A DNA stretch of 61,821 nucleotides, filler included, from Dugesia japonica (GCA_001938525.1; 5 parts of 5 records of this genome joined end to end with filler, not necessarily neighbours in it); one strand, 5' to 3'; counted from the first letter of the whole stretch, positions 1 through 25,549 are shown. Numbers and translations are program-made. Notes: a model not told the origin generated them from the letters alone.

Positions 1-191
1 CATTCATCATTAAAAATAATTGATTGTGTATTTAATATATTTATTTAATTTATTAGTTAAATTAATTAATTAGTTTTATGTTGTGTTTAATTTATTAAGT
101 TTTTTGTTTTGTTATAAAGGTGAACAACTCAGAAAAAGAACTAAAACAATTTCAAATAAAACTAAACAATGACAATTTAAATTCCTACAAA

Positions 192-11292
<11,101 letters not shown>

Positions 11293-11649
11293 GTAGATAT
11301 TTCTGGATAATAAATAATAAAAAGAAAATCGGCAAATAAAAAATTATTAAATAATTAAATGTTGCTGAAAAATAAAAGCGATTTTAATAAAAATAATTGA
11401 AAACCACAATAATTATATTTATATAATTAATTTGACAGTTTATCAATCATTTAAATAAACTTTTTGATTTTTTTAAAATTATTGTAATTTTTCTTTTTAA
11501 AAGTTAACTTTGATAGATTTTCCTGAAATCAATTGATAACGAAATAATGAAATAAGTTATACTATCGATTTTTCAATGAATTATAAATAAGTAATCAGGA
11601 TTAATTTCATGAAAATTATAAATGACGATTCTATTGGATTGTAACAAAG

Positions 11650-12809
11650 GTTCAAAAGGTTTTAAATTGAAAGTAAAACACAATTTGTAAAACAATAAAC
11701 ATATATTTAATAGATCAAAATTTAAACCATTTTGTTTGATAACTTGCATCATCTTTGAGGAAGCTTCATGAATAAATCTTCCCAGAATTATTTTTTCTTT
11801 TTGGGCTATAAATTGATCTAAATAGCTTTTGCAGATTTTTGGGGTTTTAAAGATTTTCCAACTCACAGAATTATGTAGAGATTTTAATAAATGAAAATTG
11901 GAAGGCGCTAAGTCGGGTGAATAAAATGGGTGACTAATTTGTTCCCAACCAAACTCATCAAAGATACTTGGGGTCTGGTATATTATCTTAGTGGAAAATA
12001 ATGTCCTCTTAATTAGCTAATACAGGTTGCTTTACAAAAATTACAGCTTTTAATAGATCAAATTGGAGCAATATTTTGTTAAGTTCAAGGTTTGATGCTG
12101 TAAGAGAAGTTTATAATATATTACTTTCTCCCATTTCCATCAAACTCGAAGCATTACTTTCTTACGACCTAAACCGGTTTTTCAGTGTAACTTGAAGGCA
12201 TATTTATTTTTGCCAATACCTTTTACGTTTAAATACAATCTACTTTTCATCACCAGCAATTGTTCTTGTTCCTGTTTCATACAAGTAAGATATTGAATAT
12301 TGAAACACAATAGATGATTCAGAATCCAAATATCGTAACAATAGATGTATTTAAATCCCTTTTTTACATCATTTATGTGAGATATGAGTCTCTCTTCATT
12401 TATAATGGGGATAAATTCAAATGATTGATTAAATTTCATCATCATCAACGACAGCATGCCTTTCAAAATGCTCAAGATCTCATAAATCAGTTTCCTGTTT
12501 TGAATAACGCAAAACACTTATAAACTGTGCTATTTGCAATGCCATAATATCTCTAAAAATAATTAATCTTCCTTTTTTCTGCAAACAATATTTTTCTTTT
12601 CAGAAATAATATAACATCAAGTGCCTGAAATGCATATTTTTTCTTGCTTTTTGTTTGCAGAACATGTAATTTCAAAATTGAAAAATCAATAACAACGATA
12701 ATTTCAAATGATGTAGTGAAAAAAAAACTCTTTCAAAAAATAACATTTTATTTAAATTTTCGAAAAACTGGATTGTAAAAACTCCACAAACTCATGCTCA
12801 AACCCAATA
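11650..12809 (-). mobile_element. Decayed mariner transposon
   Basis: Minus strand gives HPFYSPDLAPSNFH and a C-terminal YLDQFIAQK..FWE..MKLP motif; a mariner-type TIR TATTGGGTTTGAGCATGAG ends at 12809. The left boundary is approximate. Confidence 0.75.
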
Positions 12810-13253
12810 TCTGAATTACTTAATTTTTTCTAATAATTTAAATACATGATTTTACATTAATGAATAATTAGTAGAAAAATTTGTTATGTAATGATTTTTC
12901 ATTTTTATTTGTACATGAGTTTAAAAAAAATTCTTTAACAATACACTAAACTTTTCAAAACGCCATTAGGCTTTAATTATCTCATATTCGTCAAAAAGGA
13001 TATCAAATCCACGTCGAAATAAATATTTCTTAAGCAAAATTAGAGTAGTTGTTTTATAAATTAAATCTCGTGACATAATTCTTCTTTTAAAATATATAAA
13101 GTATAAATTTTAATAGCTGCCATACATTAGGATAACAAAAAGTTAAATTAAAGTTTTAATTATAATGAATAAATAAATTCAACTGTATCACTAAGAGTTT
13201 TTACAAATTTGTCAAGACTGCAATGAAAATTGATAAAATTTTAATTATGTAAA

Positions 13254-16200
13254 TGCTAATGATAAATTACTAAAATAATATTTATTCAAATAAAACAGGT
13301 TCAAATTATCTTCTAAAATCTGAATATTTAAACACTTCATTTTTATATTATATCACATCCATCGTTTTATCATTCGAATTACCAGAATCTTTTTGGTTTA
13401 CGTCTTTGTCTTGTAAGATTTATTCTTCCTTGTCTCTCGGTTGTTAATTGTTCCGGGTTGATTATTGAACTTCTTTTTGATTGGCTTATTATTGTTGTGT
13501 TCTTAAGACTCTTTTCTCCTTTCTCCTATAGTTTTTCTATTGTGAATCTTTTNNNNNNNNNNNNNNNNNNNNNNNNNNNNNNNNNNNNNNNNNNNNNNNN
13601 NNNNNNNNNNNNNNNNNNNNNNNNNNNNNNCCTTTATATCGCTTCTTTAACATTCCTTTCTTTTCTGATTTGAACATTACCATATCGCCATTTTTTATTT
13701 GATGGTTATTATTAACAATTACATTCTCTTTTGATTTTAAATTTTGATTTATTCTTTCTAAATTTACTCTAATAGTCTCTACATATTTATCCAAATTTTT
13801 AGAGTTGACTTGTTCGTTATTTAAATCTTTTGCCAAAAGCTATTTCAAAGTGAGAATAATTAGTTGTTTCATTTTTTTATTCTCATACCCATCTCGACGA
13901 ATGGAATGACATATATCCAATTTGTGAGAAATTTTAAGCTGGTTGCATAAATTCTATCTTTCGCAGTTCTAAAAATTCTTTCTACCACGCCATTACCTTG
14001 ATGATAGTATGGGCTTGCAAAGGTTTGATTTATTTCAAGAACTTCACAAAATTCTTCCATGAAATTGTTTTTAAACTGACTTCCATTATCGGAGTGAATA
14101 ATTTTTGGCATTCCAAAGATAGTGATCCATCTTTTAAACACTTTATTTATTACTTGTTTTGATCTGATGCCTTTAAGAGGGATTAACATGGTATATCTTG
14201 AGAAGACATCTATCACTCCTAAAATATATCTTTATCTTTTACATTCTGGTCATGGTCCGGTAATATCTATACATATTGTTTCAAATGCCTCATTAGCTAC
14301 AAAATGTTTCTCAGGAATGTAGTTTGAAATTATTCATTCTTTTGATTTATGCATGAAATACACTTTCAATAAAGGTTTTTATCTCTTTAGTCATATTCTT
14401 TCAGTCATAATGATTCTGAATTAATTACTTTGTCTTTATAAATCCCAGATGGCCCATGTTATGAGAATATTCCATTATTTAATTTTTTCTTTGAGACGTG
14501 AAATCCTTTTTTAGAACTAAAATAATTGGCTTCTCATCATTTTCTTTCTCGATCAATTGCACATTTCTTCGTTTTTTGGTTCATTATGTCTAAGTTCTTA
14601 TTGTTCACATTCCGGTCGGCTCATATACTCTGCATTTAAGTGTAATCTGCCAGATTGGTGTTCAATATCAAAATCATACTCTAATTCTGTGATCTAAGAA
14701 AAATACTGTGATATATTTGGATTTTTCCAACTTTTTAGCCACAATAATTTTTTATGATCAGTTCTTTTTTTGAAACTTTTCCCAAATAAATAATGCCTAA
14801 ATTGTTACACAAAAATATAGACAGCTAATAATTCCTTGCTAGTAACACAAAATTTCAATTCTGAATTTTTCCGCTTCTTTGACGTATATACGATAACCTT
14901 TTCGTCTCCATTTTTAACTTGGCTTAAGATTCCTTTAATATGACTGTGATTTTCATTTGTATCTTTTAGAGGATAAGCTAGAACTTGGGTTGTTGTTAGA
15001 ATTACCTGTATCTTTTTAAATGCTTCGTTTCCTTCAGTATCCCAAATTATTTGTTTTTACTGTATTTCCCATTTATTCTTAGTTTGTCTTGTTTCAGTAT
15101 AGTTTCTAAAAGTTGAACGACATACGCAAAATCTTTTATAAATTTTCTATAATAGTTACAGAAAGCTATAAATAAATGTAAATCTGAGTACCACTCTGGT
15201 TCTGGCACATTTTGGACTTTTCTGTCTTTATTGGATCTGTTTTTAAATCTTCTGTCGTAATTCTATGTCCCAGATATGAAACTTCCTTTAGCAAAAAGTT
15301 ACATTTGTCAGTGTTAGTTGCGTTTTGAAAACTTATCGAATCATTAACATCAGAATTTAAATTAATTACAACGATTTATTAAAATAAAAACTATAACCAA
15401 CAATATTTGTTAATCAAACAAATTAAAATCCCGTGTTTTAATTGGTNNNNNNNNNNNNNNNNNNNAAAATTGAACTTTATTTATTAAAAGTAATTTAATT
15501 CACTTAAAAATATTTTAATTATTTACTTAATTTTCATTAAAAATTTACGTCAAAATTTAAATCTATCTTTTAAACAAAAGATTTTAAAAATAAGATCATC
15601 AATCACACAAAAATTTCAACTTGCTTTTCAAATCCACTCACAGTCAGATTTTAATTTAACTCACAATTCTTCTATTCCAGCTGAAACTACTTCCAATCGA
15701 CTAAGATGTTGTTTATACGAGTTTCCAAATATCAAAACATCGTCTAGATAAATCAAACATTGCAATATCAGATGCATAAGTCATTGAAATGTTGCTGGGG
15801 CTGAACTCAGGTCAAATGGTATTCTATTAAATTCATACAGTCCTTTCCTAGAAGAGAATGCTGTTTTTTTGTTTATCCGTCTCATTTACTTCAACATTAT
15901 AATAACTATTAGATAAGTCTAAAACAATAAATATCTTTGCTCCACCCAATGCATCAAAAAGTTGAGAAGTTTCTGGAATTGGATATATTGGTTTGATTGT
16001 GACTAAGTTTAACTGCCGGTAATCGACACATAATCTTATGTCACCATTGGCTTTAGTGATACACACTAAAGATGCATTTCACGGGCTTTCACTTTTCCTG
16101 ATTATATCTTTTTTCAATAAATGTGCAACTAAATTATCAACTTTATTCTCAAGTCCTGTCGGTATTCGTCTAGATGGAACAGCGATCCGCGCTTCTTCTT

Positions 16201-18356
16201 TAGTGACAATGTAATGCTTAAGGTTTTTACAATGACCAATATCCGTGTCGCATTTACTAAATATATTAGCATATCTTAATATTAATCTCTTAACCTTTTT
16301 TTATGTTCTAAATGAATGTCATCTTCTTTTTTGATTATATCAATCAATCCGTTTACATTAGACATCTCTAATTTGTCTGAATAAATATTTCTGATGAAAT
16401 CGCCTTTTTCTTCCTAGATTTTTAAACTACCCATTCTTGTGCCTTTATAAATTTTTCTTTCTGAATCTGATAAATTGTAAAGTCTTATAGGAATCTTTCC
16501 GTCTTTGTCGACAAACACTATCGAATTAGCTGACAAGATATCTAAACTTGCTAGTTTATCTTTATAACCTACAAAGACTCCTTCTTTAATTTTGCATTAA
16601 TCACAGTAAACTGATCCACGTACAAAAATATTNTTTATGCTTTTCTAAAACTAAAGTTTCGTTTTAAATGATGCGTAAAGAGCAATATTGAGTCTCGTTT
16701 TTTATAGCCCCTGAATCGTGACTCCTGAATCGTGCTTGTTAGTTTTCCAATCCTTCATCACAAACTCTTGATACAAATGGTATAGCTTGATTCATGATGT
16801 ATATATACAGTCATTCTGTGGCACAATTTGAATTCTGTGTGTTTGAATCGATTTAATTGCAATGATAATCTTTGGGAAAACGTTTTCCACCACTTTAAAA
16901 TCTAGTGTCAATTCTTTTTCTCCAATTACTAGTTCAATCTTCGCAACACCTTTGATTTTCATAGGCGATCAGTTTGCACAGCAAATTCTTTCCGTTCTTT
17001 TGAAAAATTTAATCCGTTTGTTACTTTTTCTCAATTTACATAATAAATTATAATCCATTACCTTTGATTCTGCCCCACTATCTATTAGTGTCTCTACCCA
17101 TTTTTGTTTTATTCTCACTTGGACCAAAGGCTTATTTTAAGCAGATTCTGAGTGATTCTCTGAATCAGTGCTTTTGCTTTATTTTTAAACTTTGGTATGG
17201 CTCTTTGCTCGTTGATTTATTGAGCTGAATTCATAACTTCTTTAGTATAAAAAATATTTTTATTGCTTTTTTTGGTTTCGCGTTTTTCTTAAATATTTCG
17301 TTCAATTCCTGATTGGTCTCCTTTGAAATCGATCTGACTTCGTCAAATTCCACATTTTCATTATCATTTTCATTAAAATATCTGACTTTTCCATATTTCT
17401 TGTTCTTCAGAATCGATCTAAATGGCCAACCTTTGTGCATTTTTTACACATAACTTTTACAAATTTCTCACAAAATAGCCAAAATTGTCACAGTTAAAGC
17501 ATTTAATATCTTTAATTTGGATATTTCTATCCCGATCTTCATTATTAATCTTTGTGTTATTCACTACAGATCTATTTTTTCCGTTCTTTATATCTCTATA
17601 TAGCCTGGCTATCATTTTTTCCAATTCTGTCACCTTCTGTTTTAGTGAACGTACTTCCTCTGATAAGTCATGTTGTGTTTTAATTTGTCTCAGATTTTCC
17701 TTACTTTCGTTTTTAACTTCTTTTTTTTTACAAAGTTATAAGCTTCGTCTAATAATTTTGGCTTAAGAAATTGAACTGCTGCTGCCACTTTTTATTGTTC
17801 AATCCAAATAAAAAAGCGAAAATTAAAGTATTTTCTCTGTCCTCGCAGTTCAATTCTGGTTGACTTTTAAATATATAAACTCTCAATTTTGTAATAAATT
17901 CTCATAAAGAGAGATCATTTTACTGAATCTGTAAAAATTCCGTAATAGGAGAAATCCTCGAATCTTTTATTTTGTATAATTCTACAAATTCATTCCTTAA
18001 CAAAGTAAAGTCACCCTTTACATTCTGTTAATCTGGTAAGAAAAATAATTCATATTGGGCATCTTGCTCTAAGGAATTAATAAAATATGTAATTGTTTCA
18101 TTACCATCTCTGATCTTTAAATTAAGAATGTGGTTCTTAAATTCATGAAGGGGTTTTGCAGAATCATCTCAAAATATGAAAACTGGGCAGCTTATGGACA
18201 ATGTTGAATAAATTTGATAAAAATATACTGAATTCTGTTTCTGACTCCATGTTAAGGATAAATTACTAAAATAATATTTCTTCAAAGAAAACAGGTTCAA
18301 ATTATTTTCTTTCAAAATCTGAATATTTAAACACTTCATTTTTATATTATATCACA
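13254..18356 (-). mobile_element. Ty3/Gypsy LTR retrotransposon, near full length, decayed
   Basis: Direct TG..CA LTRs at 13254-13357 and 18250-18356. PBS-like TGGAGTCAGAA directly after the 5' LTR. gag with CCHC, protease LIDSGA, RT (RLCVDYRQLN, LDLSNSYY, YLDDVLIF), RNase H, then integrase (IDVFSRY, IHSDNGSQF, GNGVVER), in Gypsy domain order. Confidence 0.92.
15312..15642. mobile_element. Solo-LTR-like insertion inside the Gypsy RT
   Basis: TG..CA termini with an exact 5-bp target site duplication GTCAG (15307-15311, 15643-15647); removing it restores VKLKSDKCNFLLKEVSYLGH. Confidence 0.8.
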
Positions 18357-18481
18357 GTATGAAAAAAAATAATATAATTATAATTTAGCTAATAATAAGT
18401 TCAACTATTTTCATAAAAGATTCAACTATTTTTAAAATTAATTTAAAGTTTTTCATAATTATAGAATTTAATTTAATCCTT

Positions 18482-18981
18482 ATGAATAATAACAACTCAA
18501 TTATTTCCAGTACATTCAAAAGCCTCAGGCAAGGTTAAAAAATAAGGGAAGGATTGGCTAGATGCATCCCAATGAACAAAAAAGCCAGAATTCTACATTT
18601 TAAAAATCAAGAACACGAGCCTACAAGGAAAAAAGGACCTGTTAAATTTCAATGATCAAGATCTGTTGTACATTGAAAGCTTAATTTCTCAATGTAAAAC
18701 AATAACACTAAAGGATATCCGAATAAAATTCTCTGGAAGATTTGGAATAAGAGTTGCCGCATCGACAGTATACAATGCGATTTTCCAAATGCAAATTACG
18801 TGTAAGTTGCTTTCAAGGATCAACGATCGAGTAAACTCAGTTGAAATCTTAAAAAACTAAAGGGTTTATGTCACTAACTATACAATGAATGCGTCAACAG
18901 AAACATCAAAACCAATATTTATTGACGAATCAGGTTTTAATCTTCATCTAAGGAAGTTATTTGGAAAATCAAAAAAGAAAA
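18482..18981 (+). pseudogene. IS630/Tc1-superfamily transposase fragment, cut by the segment end
   Basis: HTH-like TITLKDIRIK..STVYNAI followed by IFIDESGFNLHLRKLFGKSKK (first catalytic D motif); in-frame stops. Confidence 0.65.
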
Positions 18982-19081
18982 NNNNNNNNNNNNNNNNNNN
19001 NNNNNNNNNNNNNNNNNNNNNNNNNTTAATTAATTAANNNNNNNNNNNNNNNNNNNNNNNNNNNNNNNNNNNNNNNNNNNN
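18982..19081. other. Artificial scaffold linker N44-TTAATTAATTAA-N44
   Basis: Exactly 100 nt with a six-frame stop core; the same structure occurs four times. Confidence 0.95.
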
Positions 19082-19241
19082 TTTTAAAAAGGAAAACAGG
19101 CAATAAACCTTAAGAAATATCAATCTGAGCGTCAATATTTGTATGAGGTTTACATATACGAATGTAATAAGTCTAATATATCAATGATACGATGTAGAAG
19201 TAGTTTACCTCACAAAGCTGGTGAATAGTGATGGTGTAAAT

Positions 19242-20070
19242 CAATGTCGTAGCCAAAGGGGGAGAGGGGTTAGGGGGTTAAACCCCTTTGGCGTATGAAA
19301 AAAATTTCATTTTTGATGCGACTTAGAGATTCCAAACTGAATATTCGAATATATATGTGTGTTAATTGACTATTTGATATTCGAATATTTGGAAAAAATA
19401 TTCGAATATTTTTGAACGATTTAAAATTATAAATTTTAAAAGTTCAATTAAAGTAAGCTTTAAAAAAAGTTTCAAAGAATTGCATTTTGAATTTTCGTAA
19501 TGTGTTTTGTGTGACAATATTTTAGTTGGCTTTTGAAAAACAGTCGTAATAAGTTATTGTTATTGTCATTAAAAATTTTAATGATTAAAATAAATCATAA
19601 TCAATTGTTACATTAATTTTTTTTGGATTTTTCTTATCTTTGAAATAATTAAAGTTTCTTAGATTATTTTACATAATTACATATTTAGCTATGTCAAAAA
19701 ATCTAAGGTTTTTAAGAAAAAGACGAAAAAAATTGGAGAAGCCACATGTGGTACCTGTAACGCGAACAGAAGGTGTAGAAGTTACGACACATCATATTTA
19801 TATCTAAATCGATATCAAGGGGAAATTATGAAGAAAATAATGTTCCGCAGAAAAAGCCAAAAATTGAAACAAGTACTATTTTGAACTTTGTAAAAACAGT
19901 CTTTAAATGAAATATTGTCAAAAGTCGCAGCAGTTAATGGTATATCAATCCAACCCATAAGCAAATCCGATGCAATAGCTGGATACGTGCAACAAACATT
20001 TTACTAAACAAAGACAAAAATTTTGACAAAAATTAAAACCCCCCTTCATATATTCCTGGCTACGCTACTT
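19242..20070 (+). mobile_element. Non-autonomous hAT-like DNA transposon
   Basis: TIRs CAATGTCGTAGCCA / TGGCTACGCTACTT; 8-bp TSD GTGTAAAT / CTGTAAAT (7 of 8 match); internal BED-finger-like remnant (EATCGTCNA). Confidence 0.65.
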
Positions 20071-20808
20071 CTGTAAATGCAATATTTAGTAATATTTATC
20101 ATTGGAGATTAGTGTCATGTTTTGATTTTAAATAACACGGAATCAAATGTTTTTAATTCATTTGAATTAATTTCTCAATGAAAAATCTATTAATACTTTA
20201 ATTAAAAGTTTTCCCGAGTATGAATTTTTATTCAATTAATCAAAACATTAATATTGATATTTAAGTATAAATAATAATTTAAGTGTTTATGTGAAATTGT
20301 TAAAAAATAAACCGACATAGATTGTGTTTCAAAGTATAAATTTATTAAATCTATCTTTTTTAATTAAATTAAATCAATCTTTCACATTCATTCATGCAAT
20401 TATGTAGTTAATTAGTATGTCCGTTGTATATTTACGAGAAAAATAGCAGAACAATAAAAATATAAACTAAAGAAATAATAAAATTTCAGGTAACTTAGTA
20501 GGTCTCAATATTCGTTTGGTTGATTTTCTAGTATTCATGGAAAAAAAGTAATTTAATTGAAAATATTATATTGTAAATATTAAAGATCGCATTAAAATAT
20601 AAAAAGTTGTAAAATTTTAAATTTAAGTTATTTTTTAACATCATTTAATTAAATAGAATATTATATCGTTAAGAAAATGTAAACTATAACTATTATTAGA
20701 CAAGTTTAATAATCTTAATCTTAATAATAAATCAATACCAACAGGAAGTGCATTTAATTATGCTAAATAACAAGTAAACTATTATCATTAAAATTGATTA
20801 AAAACTAC

Positions 20809-21398
20809 TATTCAGCTGAATCATTTAACTGATATTCTCGTGACCGCTGGAAACAAACTATAAAACCTTCATCATCCCACAAACGTTTCATAGCTGCAAA
20901 AATTTCTTCATTTAATACAGCTTCTTCAAAATTCTTTCCCAATGAAAAGACTTTCCTAGCATCTTCCTAAATTTGACTAATAATTGCTTGAAGTAAATTA
21001 TGAATACTATTCTTTCAGCATTTGAAAATTCGATTTTAAGTTGACCCATGGCTCTGATAATAGCAGTTAAACTTTGGAGAGTATTACTATAAACGATAGG
21101 TTTGTATTGCATGCATTCTTCTTTAGTATAACCTTTATTATTTATAATTCTGCAGCAATTTTTAAAATAAAAATTTCCAGTTATTAATAAATACTTCATT
21201 TGTTTTACAATAGTACTTTTCCCTGATTCCCCAGCACCTTAAATTTTAGAGTTAAATATACTTAAAATAATTAAATTTACCAAGTAATAAAATTTTCACA
21301 GTAGATCTTTCATTTTTATAATCATTATATATTATCTTATCAATTTCTTTAGATTTTACCTTATCCACGAATTTCTCATTACTGAAAACACAACCCAT
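20809..21398 (-). CDS. Heterotrimeric G-protein alpha subunit, Gi/o class; first four exons only
   Basis: Exons 21398-21281, 21237-21195, 21149-21008, 20966-20809. MGCVFS acylation motif, [43 protein letters not shown]; intron positions typical of Gi/o. Later exons not found before the join at 19081. Confidence 0.92.
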
Positions 21399-21550
21399 TA
21401 TTATACAACGTATTTTCACGTAAACGTTTTACGGTAAAATAATGATCATATTATGCGAATAAAATGACCTTTCATATTATTAAACTTTTGATATATTAAA
21501 ACTTAAATTTATTCATATTTAGGTAAATTTTAAAGTTTATTAATTAATTC

Positions 21551-21552
<2 letters not shown>

Positions 21553-21611
<59 letters not shown>
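21553..21611. repeat. (ATT)n microsatellite
   Basis: Direct trinucleotide run. Confidence 0.95.
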
Positions 21612-22133
21612 GTGAGGATTGAAACCTCTTGACTGAATTCCATTTCAATATCTGATTCAAACAGAAAAAAGCTACATTTGCTTAACAACTTAAAGAATAA
21701 ATAAACCAAAATTAATCGTTTAATAAATATTATATTTAGACAAAAGATTTAATACAAAATTTATCAAAATTGATTATAACATAAGATTAACAAAATTAGT
21801 TAAATATAAAATAATTGTAAAACAGCAAAATTTTAACAAAATCGATTACTAAAAAATCAAAAGTTGTTTACTAATAAAAATTTAAAATTCAATAAAACTA
21901 AAAGAATAACACTAAATGGCACAGAACAAAAATGATGTTTTATTCCTTTGTTACAAAACACTTAAAAAATCAAATAACTAAAAGTTACAAATTAATTTTT
22001 ATTATTATAGTAAATAATAGCGTACTGAATTATCCTATTGTCCCTCCTCTCTGACAAAGTGATCTAGAGATTCTACAATTTGATGGTTTGACACATTTTT
22101 ACTGCGAACTATGTGTGTATGGGTTTTAATATA

Positions 22134-22719
22134 TTAGGTTGTGTAATAAATTCCCGCGTTTTTTTGTATTTTATTTCTAACCGCGAAAAAGAAAATATAA
22201 AAACATATATGCATTCGTAAGTTAGTGTTAATTTTAATCAATTTGTAATAAATTAATTTGAATCAATTTTCAGACATTTGAAAAGAACATTCCAGAGGAC
22301 AAAATAATTAATTTTAGACATCTGCTCTATTCATGACAATGCGAGGCTGCGCACCACATAAATCATCAGTGAGGCTATAATTCATCTCAAATGGATGGTT
22401 CTAACACCTCACCAGGCTTTCCGATTTTTGTGTCAACGGATAATTTTTTTCCCGCATCATGTTGAACTAAATGAGGGGCATAACTTCCACCGACGCGAAA
22501 CCTCAAAAACTGGTTTTCTCAATTCTTTAACAAGAAACCAGATGATTTTTGGAGAGATAGCATCAACAAGTTCGTCAATAGTTGCTAAAATGTTGCAAAT
22601 AACAATAGAGAATACGTTATTGACTATTTTTTGTTGTGTTGTTATTTGTTATAATATATTGATAGTTTTCTTCAAAAAATCTTAAAAGCAAAAATCGCGG
22701 GGATTTTTTCACAATCTAA
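22134..22719 (+). mobile_element. Internally deleted mariner
   Basis: TIRs TTAGGTTGTGTAATAAATTCCCGCG / CGCGGGGATTTTTTCACAATCTAA with flanking TA; HDNAR motif remnant. Confidence 0.8.
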
Positions 22720-24919
22720 TATATGTTAGCTTTCAATCTAGATATGAATCATTTATTACCTCTGTTACTGTGCAAGTGTGTCATTTTTGGCTGATTATGT
22801 AACCTGCCACAAATTATTTTTATTTTTATCGAGCAAATTAAATTATGTATTTATTTACAATGCACGAAACATTTTTGCGACTAATTTGAATTAAGAATTC
22901 TTTATCTTACTGCATTAACATTATTTATTTTTCTATCGTAATTAAAAAATTAACTATTTAACTTTCAAATTAATTTTAATGAAGTTAAATTTAAAGTTTT
23001 TAAATTCTGAAGGCGAAAATTGATAAGTTTAGAAATTTAATGTTTGAAATTTTCATGATTATAAAATGTTTTCATAAATTTATCCGAATTATAAGAATAT
23101 TGTCAAAATTTTATTAGATGTCAATTAAAATTTCAAAGTTTCGATAGATATTAGATATATTTTTCAAAAATTTTCTAAAAGTCATATAACCCTTCAAAAG
23201 TTTACTAGAAATCAATAAATAATTTTAAAAAGTATTTAGAAGTCGATTAAATTTATCATAAATTTACTAATTATATGTTAGGCTTCGAGACTTTATTAAT
23301 TTCTTTTTTCTTCATTCTTTGTTTAGATTTCTCCATCGATAAATATTTTGTAGATAAAAACTTTGAAGCCAGCAAGAATTTGACAGTGCATTGTGTCCTG
23401 TTTTTATATACCCCAGGTTAATGCGGGTTTAACTGGTCTTGTAAAAAATCTCAGACCGCTTGATGCCATTGCTCAGTTTCATAATAACATAGTTTTCGAC
23501 AAGAACTTAGTCACACTTAGTTTATAAGAAAATATCTTAATTATATTCATGAAACGTTTGTCGAAATAAGTGTTACATTATTTAATTAAGCATTATATTA
23601 CAAGAAGCCATCATATCAGTTATAATGCAGAAAATTTTATTATGTACAGTTTGTTATCAGAAGAAAGTTACACATTAATTAAATTTAATGATAGCACGGT
23701 TAGGCTTGTTCCGAAGTTTTTAGTTTGATCCGTTTTTCATCCCATTTATCCATGTAGGGAACCAACTTTTACATCAATTGTTCAATGCGTNNNNNNNNNN
23801 NNNNNNNNNNNNNNNNNNNNNNNNNNNNNNNNNNNNNNNNNNNNNNNNNNNNNNNNNNNNNNNNNNNNNNNNNNNNNNNNNNNNNNNNNNNNNNNNNNNN
23901 NNNNNNNNNNNNNNNNNNNNNNNNNNNNNNNNNNNNNNNNNNNNNNNNNNNNNNNNNNNNNNNNNGTATCTCTATTAATCGTGTTGATTTTTACTCCTAC
24001 TCATGATTCAGAAGTTTATCTTGAGTGCTTCACAATGGTTTAATATCGGTACAATTTTGACCCAGCAAATCCAATAAATTTGGTATTGCATTGACTGGCA
24101 AGAATTTGAAAGATCAATCGTCATCATCAATTAATTTCTAACCATGCTTAGAGGTGAGCCATCGAGACATTCTAGAATATCGATTTTAGTCCCTACTTTC
24201 AATTGATCACTAATAACAAGATAAAATCTGAAACTACTGGGGAAGGTAAATAAGTCCGCACTGTCTCCAACTTCATTCTGGTAAAAAATATTTGTGGCAT
24301 AAATTTAATTGGCCACACATTTTCCCAGTGATTTGTTTGTTTAAAATTTTAAGTGTGTGATTACTTAATTAAGTCAGTAATACTGCGATTTTATTGATCA
24401 AAATTTGTGTGTTGATTACATAATGATGTCATGGTTGTGTGACAACGACGCCATAATTGTGTGATGATTATTTAATCACAATAATTACTATTGTTTTAAT
24501 TTATGGATTTAATGATTTTTTGTTTAAATGAGGAAAAATTAATTAGTTTTGTTTAAAATAACTGATATTAATGTTTTTTGATTAAATTAAGAGAAATTTA
24601 TGATTTATAAAGTAAATTTACGCCGGGTAATGTTAACATTGGTTATAACACGCCATATTAATATTACCATGATATTATCCAATGGCAATATTAACATTAG
24701 CATTAGTTGTTCCCCAGGAAATATTAATAATAACATAATAGTAAATTACAAATCTAGAAATAACAAACACATATTTTTAAAATTAATTTATTTCTAATAA
24801 AACAATTAATTGGATCACAAATTTTGTTTTTTATTATCTGTTTGAATGTCTCGTATCAACAATTATGTCAATAACTGTACCACAATAGAATCCATCATCG
24901 TCAAAATTGTAAAAGATTA

Positions 24920-25455
24920 TTAATATTCCTCTATATTGAGATTAGACATCTGCACAACCTTCTCAAAATACTCATTCTGTGTCCACAATTTCGATATCTC
25001 CTCAAACTCAAAAATTAACTCTTTCAGTACTACGGTCTTCCCTCTAAGATTTTTGAATAGAACCAAATATTGCACATTTAAATTACAGGTTTTATGAATA
25101 CCTCCTTGATGAAATAGATTTTGAGTAATAAATATCACAGTAAAATTATGATGCCTTGATATCTTTGTGAATAAGGTTTTGATATCGCTGTCTTTATTTA
25201 ACTCAACAACAGTAACATCACCAGATCTCAATATTTTGCCACAATTTTTATCGAAACTATTTATAATTTTCATTTTAATATGAGAAAATTCAAATTGGGT
25301 CAGACTATTCTGTTCATCTGGGTCTCTATGCCAGTTTATGTTTTTAAATTTAGACTAGAATAAATTTGATTTCAATAATTTACATACAAACAAAGTTTCC
25401 CCGCTACCATTATCCCAACAATTTAATATACTGCATAATTTCTTAATTTTTCCAT
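24920..25455 (-). pseudogene. Polinton/adintovirus A32/FtsK-like packaging ATPase, fragment (copy 3)
   Basis: Degenerate Walker A (GSGETLFV) and FTKISRHHNFTVIFITQNLFHQGG..LNVQYLVLFKN; colinear with 32688-33295. Confidence 0.8.
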
Positions 25456-25549
25456 TTTGTTTTAAACATTATTAATAATTCAGTAAGTTTTTTATATTTG
25501 TTTCAATTACATTATTTCCATCAAAACCTAATGTTCTCAATTAATTCAT

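Noticed and set aside
19026-19037. TTAATTAATTAA as a biological motif
   Set aside because: Always centred in exactly 88 Ns; an assembly linker.
23778-24006. ORFs spanning N runs (also 13458, 48669, 56088-56392)
   Set aside because: Artefacts of translating gaps.
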